64,000 nucleotides of DNA from Candidatus Magasanikiibacteriota bacterium (GCA_041674805.1 JBAYVA010000002.1:83234-147233); one strand, 5' to 3'; shown: positions 37,035 through 44,834, counted from the stretch's first letter. Numbers and translations are program-made. The notes: generated by a model not told the origin, from the letters alone.

Positions 37035-37862
37035 ATGCAAAAACAATTGAAATCTTTTGATGGTACTCAAATAAATTATGATATTGTAAGAGTGAAGAAT
37101 TCAGAAAAGTTTTTAATTTTTTTACACGGCGTCGGTAGTGATCTTACCTCTTGGCACAAAGAAACAGTACCTTTCCATAAAAAAGGCTATTCAACTTTGG
37201 TGTTAGACATGAGGGGGCATGGTAAGTCTGATAGACCAGAGACACCACAAGATTATGATTTGAACAATTTTGCCAAAGACGTTTTTCTTATTATTAAACA
37301 TGAGAATATTGAAAAATTTGTTTTTGTAGGGCATTGTTTTGGGGCAATGGTATCTATGATGTTCCATAAAATGTATCCCAAATTGGCAAAATCTTATATT
37401 TTAGTTGATTCTACTTACAAAGCACCAAGATCACTCAGGCTTATTTTTCATAAAAATTTGTTTTTTGTAAAATTACTTAATTATTTTTTGATTAGAAGTG
37501 TTGATAATAAGAAAATTTTTGGTCACAATAATTTTGATAAATACGTGGGAACAGGGGACTGGAACATACAAAGAATTTTTGCTGATATTACTCATACCAG
37601 TTTCAAATCTTGGATTTTTACTTATCAAAATGTCGCAAAGTTTGATGCTATAGACATAATGAAAAAAATAAAACAAAGAGTATTGATTGTAGAGGGTGGC
37701 AGAGATAGTGTAATAAGTGTTTTGCAGGCCAAAAAAATGCATAGTTTAATCCAAAATTCTGAATTGTCAATTGTACCTGAGGCTAATCATATTATTATTC
37801 TCAATAATCCAAAAGAACTTGAAGTGGAAATTTATAAATTTTTGAAATCATTGAATTTTTAG
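37035..37862 (+). CDS. Alpha/beta-fold hydrolase with a Cys in the nucleophile elbow
   Basis: 275 aa. HGVGSD oxyanion region, elbow GHCFG (G-x-C-x-G instead of G-x-S-x-G), C-terminal ..EANHII. Confidence 0.75.
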   Translation: MQKQLKSFDGTQINYDIVRVKNSEKFLIFLHGVGSDLTSWHKETVPFHKKGYSTLVLDMRGHGKSDRPETPQDYDLNNFAKDVFLIIKHENIEKFVFVGHCFGAMVSMMFHKMYPKLAKSYILVDSTYKAPRSLRLIFHKNLFFVKLLNYFLIRSVDNKKIFGHNNFDKYVGTGDWNIQRIFADITHTSFKSWIFTYQNVAKFDAIDIMKKIKQRVLIVEGGRDSVISVLQAKKMHSLIQNSELSIVPEANHIIILNNPKELEVEIYKFLKSLNF

Positions 37863-37888
37863 ATTTATAATATTATATAAAATAGTTT

Positions 37889-38455
37889 ATGAACAAAAAA
37901 ATAAAATCCTTACTTATTGGTGGTAATTTGTGGTATTTAGGTGAGGGCATGTTTGGTCCTTTGTTAGCTGTTTTTACTGAAAAAATTGGTGGTGATGTTC
38001 TTGATATAAGTTATGCTTGGTCGATTTATCTTTTAGTTATGGGTTTGCTAACAATGTTTGTTGGTAAGTTTTCTGATAAATCTGATAAAGCAAAAATAAT
38101 GGTATTTGGTTATGCTTTGAATGCTTTTTTTACCTTTGCTTATTTGTTTGTAGATTCATCTTTGAAACTTTTCGTTGTGCAGGCTGGTTTGGGTATATCA
38201 GCTTCTTTGGCTGCTCCAACTTGGTATTCATTGTATGCTAAGTATGAAGATAAAAATAAAGATGGTATGGAATGGGGTTTGGCAAGTGGTAGTTCGAATA
38301 TTATTACAGGTATTGCAATTTTAATTGGAGGTATTATTTTGAAATTTTATTCTTTTAATATTTTATTTTGTGTAATGGGTACTTTGCAGGTTGTGGCTAC
38401 TATTTATCAATTCCAAATTTTGAAAAAAAAGAAATTATTATTTTTTAAAAGATAG
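37889..38455 (+). CDS. Half-size (6-TM) MFS-like membrane protein
   Basis: 188 aa with about six hydrophobic helices. Resembles one half of an MFS transporter. Confidence 0.45.
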   Translation: MNKKIKSLLIGGNLWYLGEGMFGPLLAVFTEKIGGDVLDISYAWSIYLLVMGLLTMFVGKFSDKSDKAKIMVFGYALNAFFTFAYLFVDSSLKLFVVQAGLGISASLAAPTWYSLYAKYEDKNKDGMEWGLASGSSNIITGIAILIGGIILKFYSFNILFCVMGTLQVVATIYQFQILKKKKLLFFKR

Positions 38456-38458
38456 TTT

Positions 38459-38815
38459 ATGTTTAAGAAATTGACTCCTGAAGAAGAACAAATAATTTTG
38501 AACAAAGGCACTGAGGCTCCTTTTTCGGGTGAATATTATTTGAATAATGATAAAGGTGTTTATACTTGTAAACGTTGTGGTACTAAACTTTATAAATCAG
38601 AGGACAAATTTGATTCTGGTTGTGGTTGGCCGAGTTTTGATGATGAAATTGAAGGTAGTATAAAAAGATTGGTGGATAGTGATGGTTTGCGTACAGAAAT
38701 TCAATGTGCTAATTGCGGGGCACATCTTGGTCATGTTTTTGCTGGTGAAGGTATGACTCCAAAAAATATTAGGCATTGTGTAAATTCTTTGTCTTTGTTA
38801 TTTGAAAAGGACTAG
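38459..38815 (+). CDS. msrB: Peptide-methionine (R)-S-oxide reductase
   Basis: 118 aa. CxxC..CxxC zinc site (CKRCGTKLY, CANCGAHLGHVF) and catalytic RHCVNS. Confidence 0.95.
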   Translation: MFKKLTPEEEQIILNKGTEAPFSGEYYLNNDKGVYTCKRCGTKLYKSEDKFDSGCGWPSFDDEIEGSIKRLVDSDGLRTEIQCANCGAHLGHVFAGEGMTPKNIRHCVNSLSLLFEKD

Positions 38816-38842
38816 TAATCTAGATGGTCATTTTATTATTTC

Positions 38843-38943
38843 AATTTTATCTCTTCGTTATTGTAAAATAAGATAGATATAAGGAGATAAAATGGAGATG
38901 ATTAAATTATCTCTATCTTATATCTGTTTTATCTCAATTTTTT
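38843..38943. repeat. Cluster of GAGATAAAA / TTTTATCTC motif copies in the msrB-msrA spacer
   Basis: Includes gagataaaatggagat (38884-38899) and ttttatctcaatt (38927-38939), with further TATCTC copies in both orientations. Confidence 0.7.
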
Positions 38944-38978
38944 GCTCGAGTCTTTAGTAAATAAAACACAAATTATAT

Positions 38979-39476
38979 ATGAACATTCTAAAAAAAATGA
39001 ACAAGGCATATTTCGCTGGTGGTTGTTTTTGGGGAGTGCAATATTATTTTGATAAGCTCCCGGGCGTTGTCAAAACAACAGTTGGTTATATGGGTGGAGA
39101 AAAACAAGAACCAACTTACCAAGAAGTTTGTGCTCATACGACTGGTCATTTGGAAGCTTTGGAAGTTGTATTTGATTCTGACAAAATAGATTTTGAAAAA
39201 GTATGTAAATATTTTTTTGAAATTCATGATCCAACTCAAAAAAATGGACAAGGACCTGATATTGGAGAACAATATTTGTCAGCTGTATTTTGTGTAGATG
39301 ATGAACAAAGAAATATTACAAAAAAATTGATTCTTATTTTGAAAGAAAAGGGGCTTGATATTTTTACTAAAATTTTACCAGCTGGAGAATTTTGGGAAGC
39401 AGAAAATTATCACCAAAAGTATTATGAAAAAAATGGACATGAACCTTATTGTCATTTTTATACTAAGCGTTTTTAG
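38979..39476 (+). CDS. msrA: Peptide-methionine (S)-S-oxide reductase
   Basis: 165 aa. Active-site GGCFWG, followed by GYMGG...PTY..VC...TGH.E. Confidence 0.95.
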   Translation: MNILKKMNKAYFAGGCFWGVQYYFDKLPGVVKTTVGYMGGEKQEPTYQEVCAHTTGHLEALEVVFDSDKIDFEKVCKYFFEIHDPTQKNGQGPDIGEQYLSAVFCVDDEQRNITKKLILILKEKGLDIFTKILPAGEFWEAENYHQKYYEKNGHEPYCHFYTKRF

Positions 39477-39539
39477 AGGATTGATTCAAATATTCGGATA
39501 ATTCAAATAACAGATATAATAAATTATTAATTTTAACTT

Positions 39540-40022
39540 ATGAAAATAGATTTCAAAAAACTAACAATATCTATTGTTGGTACACAACTTGCAGGTGTCT
39601 TAGGTTCGGTTTTTAATTTTGTTTCTATACCTACTTGGTATACAACTTTGAATAAACCAAGTTTCAATCCACCAAATTGGGTATTTGGACCTGTTTGGAC
39701 AATTTTGTTTTTGATGATGGGAGTTGCTGTTTATTTGGTCTGGACCAAAAAGACAATTTTTCATCAAAAAAAGAAAAAAGAAGCTTTGCAAATTTATTTA
39801 TTGCAACTTTTGTTAAATGTTTTGTGGAGTGCTTTGTTTTTTGGAATTTTGAATCCAGGTTTGGCTTTTGCTGAAATAATTGTTTTGTGGTTAGCTATTG
39901 TAATAACTATTTTCAAATTTAATAAATTTTCTACATTGGCTGCATGGTTGTTGGTACCTTATTTATTGTGGGTGAGTTTTGCTAGTATTCTGAATTTTTC
40001 GATTTGGATTTTGAATTTTTGA
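39540..40022 (+). CDS. tspO: TspO/MBR tryptophan-rich sensory protein
   Basis: 160 aa, five TM helices. WY..L.KPSFNPPNWVFGPVWTILF signature. Confidence 0.85.
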   Translation: MKIDFKKLTISIVGTQLAGVLGSVFNFVSIPTWYTTLNKPSFNPPNWVFGPVWTILFLMMGVAVYLVWTKKTIFHQKKKKEALQIYLLQLLLNVLWSALFFGILNPGLAFAEIIVLWLAIVITIFKFNKFSTLAAWLLVPYLLWVSFASILNFSIWILNF

Positions 40023-40079
40023 TTTTTGACAAAATCATATTTTGTTGATAATATGTTTTTACTTTATTTGAAGTAAAAA

Positions 40080-40153
40080 GGGCCTTTAGCTCAGCTGGCT
40101 AGAGCGCTTCCATGGCATGGAAGAGGTCATGGGTTCAAGTCCCATAAGGTCCA
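40080..40153 (+). tRNA. tRNA-Ala (anticodon GGC)
   Basis: GGGCCTT acceptor with G3:U70, GCTC/GAGC D-stem, anticodon loop ATGGCAT, T-loop TTCAAGT. Confidence 0.9.
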
Positions 40154-40170
40154 CAATTAAATAAAGCAAA

Positions 40171-40244
40171 GGGCCGTTTCCCGATTCATCGGGAGGCTAG
40201 AGTGCCCGGACGGGAGGTCGCTGGTTCGAATCCAGTAAGGTCCA
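40171..40244 (+). ncRNA. tRNA-Ala-like RNA lacking a canonical anticodon arm
   Basis: 74 nt. Acceptor GGGCCGT / AAGGTCC with G3:U70 (one G:A mismatch at 6:67) and discriminator A. The T-arm GCTGG-TTCGAAT-CCAGT is perfect. The interior CCCGATTCATCGGGAGGCTAGAGTGCCCGGACGGG gives no 5-bp stem with a 7-nt U33 loop. A terminator hairpin follows (about 40250-40280). Confidence 0.5.
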
Positions 40245-40327
40245 CAAAAAAACTTTCTATTTTATAGAGAGTTTTTTGTTTTTTGATTACATGTTATACT
40301 ATAAAAATAATATAATAATTGAAATAT

Positions 40328-41185
40328 ATGCGACCACAAAATTTTAAAACAAAAATATTTCTTGATAGTGGTAATCCAGTTGAAACCAGAGAAGCAATTA
40401 AACTTCTTGGTTTTCTTGATGGACAAACTACCAATCCAAGTCTTATTGCCAAAAATCCAGAATTGCAAGCCAAAATTTTTGCAGGAGAAAAATTAACTTC
40501 TGAAGAAGTAAATGCTTTTTATAAAAGTGTAATAGAAGAAATTCGTGCTTTGATTCCAGAAGGTTCTATTTCTATAGAAGTCTATGCAGACAAAGAAACC
40601 AGTTTAGAAAAAATTTTGATACAAGCAAGAGAAATGAATAGTTGGATAAAAAATGCTCATATTAAGTTGCCTATTACAAAAACAGGTTTGGAAGCTGAAA
40701 AAATTTTAGTTGAAGAAAATATCAAAGTGAATATGACTCTTTGTTTTTCACAAGAGCAAGCAGCGGCTGTATATAATATGAGTAATGGCGCAAAAAAAGG
40801 GGATGTATTTGTTTCTCCTTTTATTGGTAGACTTGATGATAAGGGACAAAATGGTATGAGTTTGATTGCTAATATCCAAAAAATGTACGAAAAAGGGGAT
40901 GGACATGTTGAATTGTTGGCGGCTAGTGTCAGAACTTATGAACATTTTATGGCGTGTTTGGCTTTGAAAGTAGATATTATTACAGCTCCTTTAAAAATTT
41001 TGGAAGAATGGTGGAAAAGAGATTTGGAGTTACCTCAAACAGATTTTGTGTATAACAAAAAAGATTTAGTAAATTTGGATTTTGAGAATGTAGATTTATC
41101 AAAAGCTGAATATAATATTCAACATGAATTGACAAATATTGGTTTGGAAAAATTTGTAAGTGATTGGAAGACATTGATTACATAG
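40328..41185 (+). CDS. tal: Transaldolase-family protein
   Basis: FLDSGNP...DGQTTNPSL and the Schiff-base lysine context HIKLPITKTGLEA. The ATG at 40328 is preferred over the track TTG at 40319. Confidence 0.8.
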   Translation: MRPQNFKTKIFLDSGNPVETREAIKLLGFLDGQTTNPSLIAKNPELQAKIFAGEKLTSEEVNAFYKSVIEEIRALIPEGSISIEVYADKETSLEKILIQAREMNSWIKNAHIKLPITKTGLEAEKILVEENIKVNMTLCFSQEQAAAVYNMSNGAKKGDVFVSPFIGRLDDKGQNGMSLIANIQKMYEKGDGHVELLAASVRTYEHFMACLALKVDIITAPLKILEEWWKRDLELPQTDFVYNKKDLVNLDFENVDLSKAEYNIQHELTNIGLEKFVSDWKTLIT

Positions 41186-41206
41186 ATTCAAAAAATATTA
41201 AACTAA

Positions 41207-41237
41207 TAAAAAAACAGGTTTTGAAACCTGTTTTTTG
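41207..41237 (+). terminator. Rho-independent terminator after tal
   Basis: Stem aacaggtt / aacctgtt followed by a T-run. Confidence 0.7.
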
Positions 41238-41288
41238 TTTAAAACATTGACAAAAAAATCCTTTTCATATATAATCTTAACCATCAAT

Positions 41289-41361
41289 GCGGATGTCGTA
41301 TAATGGCTTATTATCTCGGCCTTCCAAGCCGATGACGCCGGTTCGATTCCGGTCATCCGCT
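41289..41361 (+). tRNA. tRNA-Gly (anticodon UCC)
   Basis: GCGGATG/CATCCGC acceptor, anticodon loop CTTCCAA, T-loop TTCGATT. Confidence 0.9.
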
Positions 41362-41449
41362 CTAAAGGCTTTGACCTTAAAATTTACACAGTGTGGTTAG
41401 TTAAAACGTTTAGTAGGAAGAATAAATATATCGTAGTATTCAAACATAT

Positions 41450-41523
41450 CGCGGGATAGAGCAGTCAGGCAGCTCGTCGGGCTCATAACCCGAAGGTCGT
41501 CGGTTCAAATCCGACTCCCGCAA
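41450..41523 (+). tRNA. Initiator tRNA-fMet (anticodon CAU)
   Basis: C1-A72 mismatch (CGCGGGA...TCCCGCA A). The anticodon stem carries three G:C pairs (TCGGGCTCATAACCCGA), nearly identical to E. coli tRNA-fMet through that arm. Confidence 0.9.
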
Positions 41524-41574
41524 CAAAGGTATTTACATTTTTTGTAAATATGTTAAAATGAATTTCGCAAAAAT

Positions 41575-41647
41575 GCGGTAGTAGTTCAGTTGGTAGAACG
41601 CTTCCTTGCCAAGGAAGAGGTCGCCGGTTCGAATCCGGTCTGCCGCT
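41575..41647 (+). tRNA. tRNA-Gly (anticodon GCC)
   Basis: GCGGTAG/CTGCCGC acceptor, anticodon loop TTGCCAA, T-loop TTCGAAT. Confidence 0.9.
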
Positions 41648-41654
41648 CTTATAG

Positions 41655-41679
41655 ACACCAATTATATTGGTGTTTTTTT
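41655..41679 (+). terminator. Terminator after the tRNA cluster
   Basis: Stem acaccaat / attggtgt followed by a T7 run. Confidence 0.7.
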
Positions 41680-41748
41680 ATCTTTAAAATGTTCAAAATA
41701 AAAATATACACAGGTTTTGGGGATAACAATAGACTTTTTTTGTTTTTT

Positions 41749-41758
41749 TGTGTATAAT
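41749..41758 (+). promoter_or_regulatory. Extended -10 promoter (TGTGTATAAT) of the dTTP operon leader
   Basis: TGTGTATAAT at 41749-41758. The same TGTG(N)TATAAT pattern precedes rnpA (17966-17976), the 19184 ORF and the 37035 ORF. The DnaA-box-like tggggataa at 41718-41726 lies just upstream. Confidence 0.55.
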
Positions 41759-41859
41759 AGTTTTATTGTTGAGTTGAATACAATTTAACAATATTGAAGT
41801 AGCAATACTTCAAACAAGGGTTATAATTTATTTTAGCCCTCACTGTATGGCCACAGAAA

Positions 41860-41888
41860 CTCCTCTTTTTTCGGGGGGTTTTTGTTTT
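41860..41888 (+). terminator. Terminator-like hairpin inside the leader of the dTTP operon (possible attenuator)
   Basis: ctcctc (41860-41865) pairs with gggggg (41873-41878) through C:G and U:G pairs around a 7-nt loop, followed by tttttgtttt. It lies 68 nt before the dCMP deaminase ATG. Confidence 0.4.
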
Positions 41889-41955
41889 GCTCAAGTTCAC
41901 TTGCGATAGTCTTTTAATTCTGTTAAAATTCAATTATATATTTTAACTTTTTATT

Positions 41956-42438
41956 ATGCCTATTGAATCACGTAAAGATTTTATTTCTTGGGATGAGTGT
42001 TTTATGCGCATTGCTCACGTTATTGCTTTGCGTTCTAAGGATCCTTCTACGCAGGTGGGTGCTGTAATTGCTGATAGGGATAATGTGGTTATTGGTCTTG
42101 GTTATAATGGTTTTCCAAGGGGTATTGAAAGTGATAAATTACCTTGGGATAGAGAAGGTGAAAAATTATCTGATACCAAGTATGCCTATGTTTGTCATGC
42201 TGAAGAAAATGCAATATATAATTCAAGTAAACAGCCAAAAGATTGTAAAATTTATTGCTCTCTTTTCCCTTGTAATGAATGTGCTAAGACAATTGTCCAA
42301 AATGGAATTACAGAAATAGTTTATGAGAGTGACAAATATCATGATGATGATATTTTTGTAGCCTCACGTCGTATCTTGGATGCGGCTGGTGTAGTTTGTC
42401 GACAATTTATTTCAGAAGAAACAAAAAATAAAGAATAA
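41956..42438 (+). CDS. dCMP deaminase (ComEB/Dcd-type cytidine/deoxycytidylate deaminase)
   Basis: 160 aa. Zinc motifs HAEENAI and PCNECAK, with length and N-terminal W.EYFM-like region typical of dCMP deaminases. Confidence 0.85.
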   Translation: MPIESRKDFISWDECFMRIAHVIALRSKDPSTQVGAVIADRDNVVIGLGYNGFPRGIESDKLPWDREGEKLSDTKYAYVCHAEENAIYNSSKQPKDCKIYCSLFPCNECAKTIVQNGITEIVYESDKYHDDDIFVASRRILDAAGVVCRQFISEETKNKE

Positions 42439-42443
42439 AAAAT

Positions 42444-43007
42444 ATGTCAAATAAAATAATTTTAGGTTTTGTTGGTGATTTGGCTTCTGGTAAGGGAACC
42501 TTGGCTAAATATTTACAAGAAAAGTATAATTGTAATACTTACAGATTTTCTAATATGCTTCGTGATGTTTTAGATAGAATCTATGTAGAAAAAAATCGTG
42601 AAAATATGCAACTCGTTTCAAAAGTATTGCGCGAAAATTTTGGGCAAGATGTGATGAGCAATGTCATTGCCAAAGATGTGGTTGGTGACAAAAATGAACT
42701 TGTTGTGGTAGATGGTATTAGACGTCCAACTGACATCACTTATTTACAAAATTTAGAAGGTTTTCATCTAATATATATTACAGCTGACGTCAAAACTCGT
42801 TGGCAAAGAATGGTGAATCGTCAAGAAAATCCTGATGAAAAAGACAAAACGTTTGAACAATTTTTACTTGATGAACAAGCAGAAGCAGATATGCTGATAA
42901 AAGAGCTTGGTAGTAAAGCTGAAAAAACAATAAATAATGATGGTACAATCGAAGAACTTTATAACAAAATAGAAAATATTTTAGAAAGTTATGGACATAA
43001 AAATTAA
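42444..43007 (+). CDS. P-loop nucleoside-monophosphate kinase family protein (adenylate / UMP-CMP kinase-like), substrate unknown
   Basis: 187 aa. P-loop GDLASGKGT and VVDGIRRP (resembles the DGFPR of NMP kinases). Overlaps dut by 17 nt. Confidence 0.55.
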   Translation: MSNKIILGFVGDLASGKGTLAKYLQEKYNCNTYRFSNMLRDVLDRIYVEKNRENMQLVSKVLRENFGQDVMSNVIAKDVVGDKNELVVVDGIRRPTDITYLQNLEGFHLIYITADVKTRWQRMVNRQENPDEKDKTFEQFLLDEQAEADMLIKELGSKAEKTINNDGTIEELYNKIENILESYGHKN

Positions 43008-43425
43008 ACGCATAGACAAAAGTTTACCTTTACCAGAATACAAAACACAAGGCTCTATTGCTTTTGATATGTATTCTCGCGAAGAAATGAAAATTGCGCC
43101 AAAATCTTTGGCACTTTTACCAAGTAATTTCATTATCAAAACTCCAGAAAGTCACGGACTTATTTTGTCAGCTAGATCTAGTCTTGCTAAGAAAAAAGGT
43201 TTGATGCTCGCCAATGGTGTTGGTACAATTGATAGGGATTATTGTGGTGAAAATGATGAAATATTATTGTCAGTTTATAATTTTACAGATGCAGAAGTAA
43301 TTGTAGAAAAAGGTGAGCGTATCGCCCAAGGTATGTTTATGCGTATTGATAGTGGTAATTTTGTAGAAGTAGAAAAAATGGAAGAAAATGATAGGGGGGG
43401 GTTTGGGAGTACAGGTTCGTTTTAA
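42991..43425 (+). CDS. dut: dUTP diphosphatase
   Basis: 144 aa. AFDMYS, GVGTIDRDYCGE and C-terminal RGGFGSTG motifs. Confidence 0.85.
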   Translation: MDIKIKRIDKSLPLPEYKTQGSIAFDMYSREEMKIAPKSLALLPSNFIIKTPESHGLILSARSSLAKKKGLMLANGVGTIDRDYCGENDEILLSVYNFTDAEVIVEKGERIAQGMFMRIDSGNFVEVEKMEENDRGGFGSTGSF

Positions 43426-43443
43426 TGCAGATTAGTATTGATA

Positions 43444-43464
43444 TTTACGCGGATAGACGCGGAA
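43444..43464. repeat. 21-nt copy of the ACGCGGA-repeat element (two units) in the dut-thyA spacer
   Basis: tttacgcggatagacgcggaa is identical to 21318-21338. It ends 16 nt before the thyA ATG, in the opposite orientation relative to the downstream gene compared with the tig copy. Confidence 0.85.
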
Positions 43465-43479
43465 TTAATTTTATAAAAT

Positions 43480-44352
43480 ATGAAAGCATACTTGGATATT
43501 GTTAAAAAAATATTAGATAGTGGAATAGAAAAAACAGATAGAACAGGTACTGGTACTATTTCTATACCTGGCATCATGTTTGAACATGAAATGAGCAAAG
43601 GTTTTCCATTACTTACCACAAAAAAAATGCCTTTCAAAATTTTGGCTGTGGAGTTGGAATTTTTTATCAAAGGTCTTACTGACAAACAATGGTTGATTGA
43701 TAGAAACTGTCATATTTGGGATGAATGGGCAAATCCTGAAAAAGCTCCTTATGGACATGACGAAGCTAGCAAAAAAAGAATGGCAGAAGAAAGAGATTTG
43801 GGGCCAGTTTATGGTTTCCAATGGCGTCATTTTGGTGCACCTTATTATAATTATGATAGTGATTATACAGAACAAGGTTTTGATCAGCTGAAATATGTAG
43901 TTGATAATTTGAAAAATAAACCAGACGATAGAAGAATGGTTGTAAGCGCCTGGAATCCTGCAATGGCTTCTAAAATGGCTCTCCCTCCATGTCACTATGC
44001 TTTTCAAGTTACGGTTACTGATGGTAAATTAAATCTTATGTGGAACCAAAGATCTGTGGACACTATGCTAGGGCTTCCTTTTAATATCGCTAGTTATGCT
44101 TTGTTATTACATCTTTTGGCAAAAGAATCCAATTTGGGTGAGGGTAAGCTCGTTGGTTTCCTTGGTGACACTCATATTTACAAAAATCATATAGAAGGTG
44201 CAGAAGAACAACTTAGTCGTGATTCAAATAAATATCAATTACCAAAATTGGAAACAGAAAATTTCACTTCTATTTTTGACTGGAAAGCTGAAGATACCAA
44301 AGTCGTTGGTTACGAAAGTTTTGATAGAATAAAATTTGATATTGCTGTTTAA
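43480..44352 (+). CDS. thyA: Thymidylate synthase (ThyA type)
   Basis: 290 aa. DRTGTGT, FQWRHFG, catalytic LPPCHYAFQ, and DTHIY. Confidence 0.95.
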   Translation: MKAYLDIVKKILDSGIEKTDRTGTGTISIPGIMFEHEMSKGFPLLTTKKMPFKILAVELEFFIKGLTDKQWLIDRNCHIWDEWANPEKAPYGHDEASKKRMAEERDLGPVYGFQWRHFGAPYYNYDSDYTEQGFDQLKYVVDNLKNKPDDRRMVVSAWNPAMASKMALPPCHYAFQVTVTDGKLNLMWNQRSVDTMLGLPFNIASYALLLHLLAKESNLGEGKLVGFLGDTHIYKNHIEGAEEQLSRDSNKYQLPKLETENFTSIFDWKAEDTKVVGYESFDRIKFDIAV

Positions 44353-44363
44353 TTTAAAAATAT

Positions 44364-44834
44364 ATGCTTTCACTTATCGCCGCTATTTCAGAAAATAATT
44401 GCATTGGAAAAAACAATGCTTTGCCTTGGAATATCAAAGAAGACATGAAACATTTCAAAGAAATTACTAGTGGAAATATTGTTCTTATGGGACGTAATAC
44501 TTGGGAATCAATTCCCGAAAGATTTCGTCCACTGCCAAATAGAAAAAATATTGTGATTACTCGCGATGAAAATTATTTGTTGCCAGAAAATGTAGAAAAA
44601 TATTTTAGTATTGAAGAAGCTCTTGAAAAATACAAAAATGAAAATGTTTTTATCATTGGTGGAGCAAGTATTTATAAACAAACAATTGATATTGCTGATA
44701 AACTATATATTACCGAAGTTCACAAGACATTTGATGGAGATGTTTTTTTCCCAGAAATAAATAAAAATATTTGGAAAGAAGTTGGGCGTGAAGATTTTGG
44801 TGAATTTAGTTTTGTTGAGTACTCTCATAAATAA
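44364..44834 (+). CDS. folA: Dihydrofolate reductase
   Basis: 156 aa. IAAISENNCIGKNNALPW, LMGRNTWESIP, IIGGASIY. Confidence 0.9.
   Translation: MLSLIAAISENNCIGKNNALPWNIKEDMKHFKEITSGNIVLMGRNTWESIPERFRPLPNRKNIVITRDENYLLPENVEKYFSIEEALEKYKNENVFIIGGASIYKQTIDIADKLYITEVHKTFDGDVFFPEINKNIWKEVGREDFGEFSFVEYSHK

Noticed and set aside
37889-38455. The half-size MFS-like ORF as a truncated pseudogene
   Set aside because: It has its own ATG 27 nt after the preceding stop and an intact six-helix bundle with no frame disruptions. No remnant of a missing half is visible upstream or downstream. It is kept as a CDS with low confidence.
38892-38957. 21-aa ORF (MEMIKLSLSYICFISIFCSSL) with an AAGGAG Shine-Dalgarno in the msrB-msrA spacer
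   Set aside because: The SD-ATG is part of the recurrent GAGATAAAATGGAGAT motif. The copies at the other loci either lack an ATG or encode an unrelated peptide after ME(M/I)I. The apparent coding signal is therefore probably incidental.
40171-40244. The tRNA-like gene as a simple decayed pseudogene or an att duplication of the tRNA-Ala 3' end
   Set aside because: This is not fully excluded, because a 12-nt taaggtccacaa is shared with the neighbour. However, the T-stem differs by fully compensatory changes, the T-loop is canonical and the overall length is exactly tRNA-like. That is not what random decay or a short att duplication would produce.
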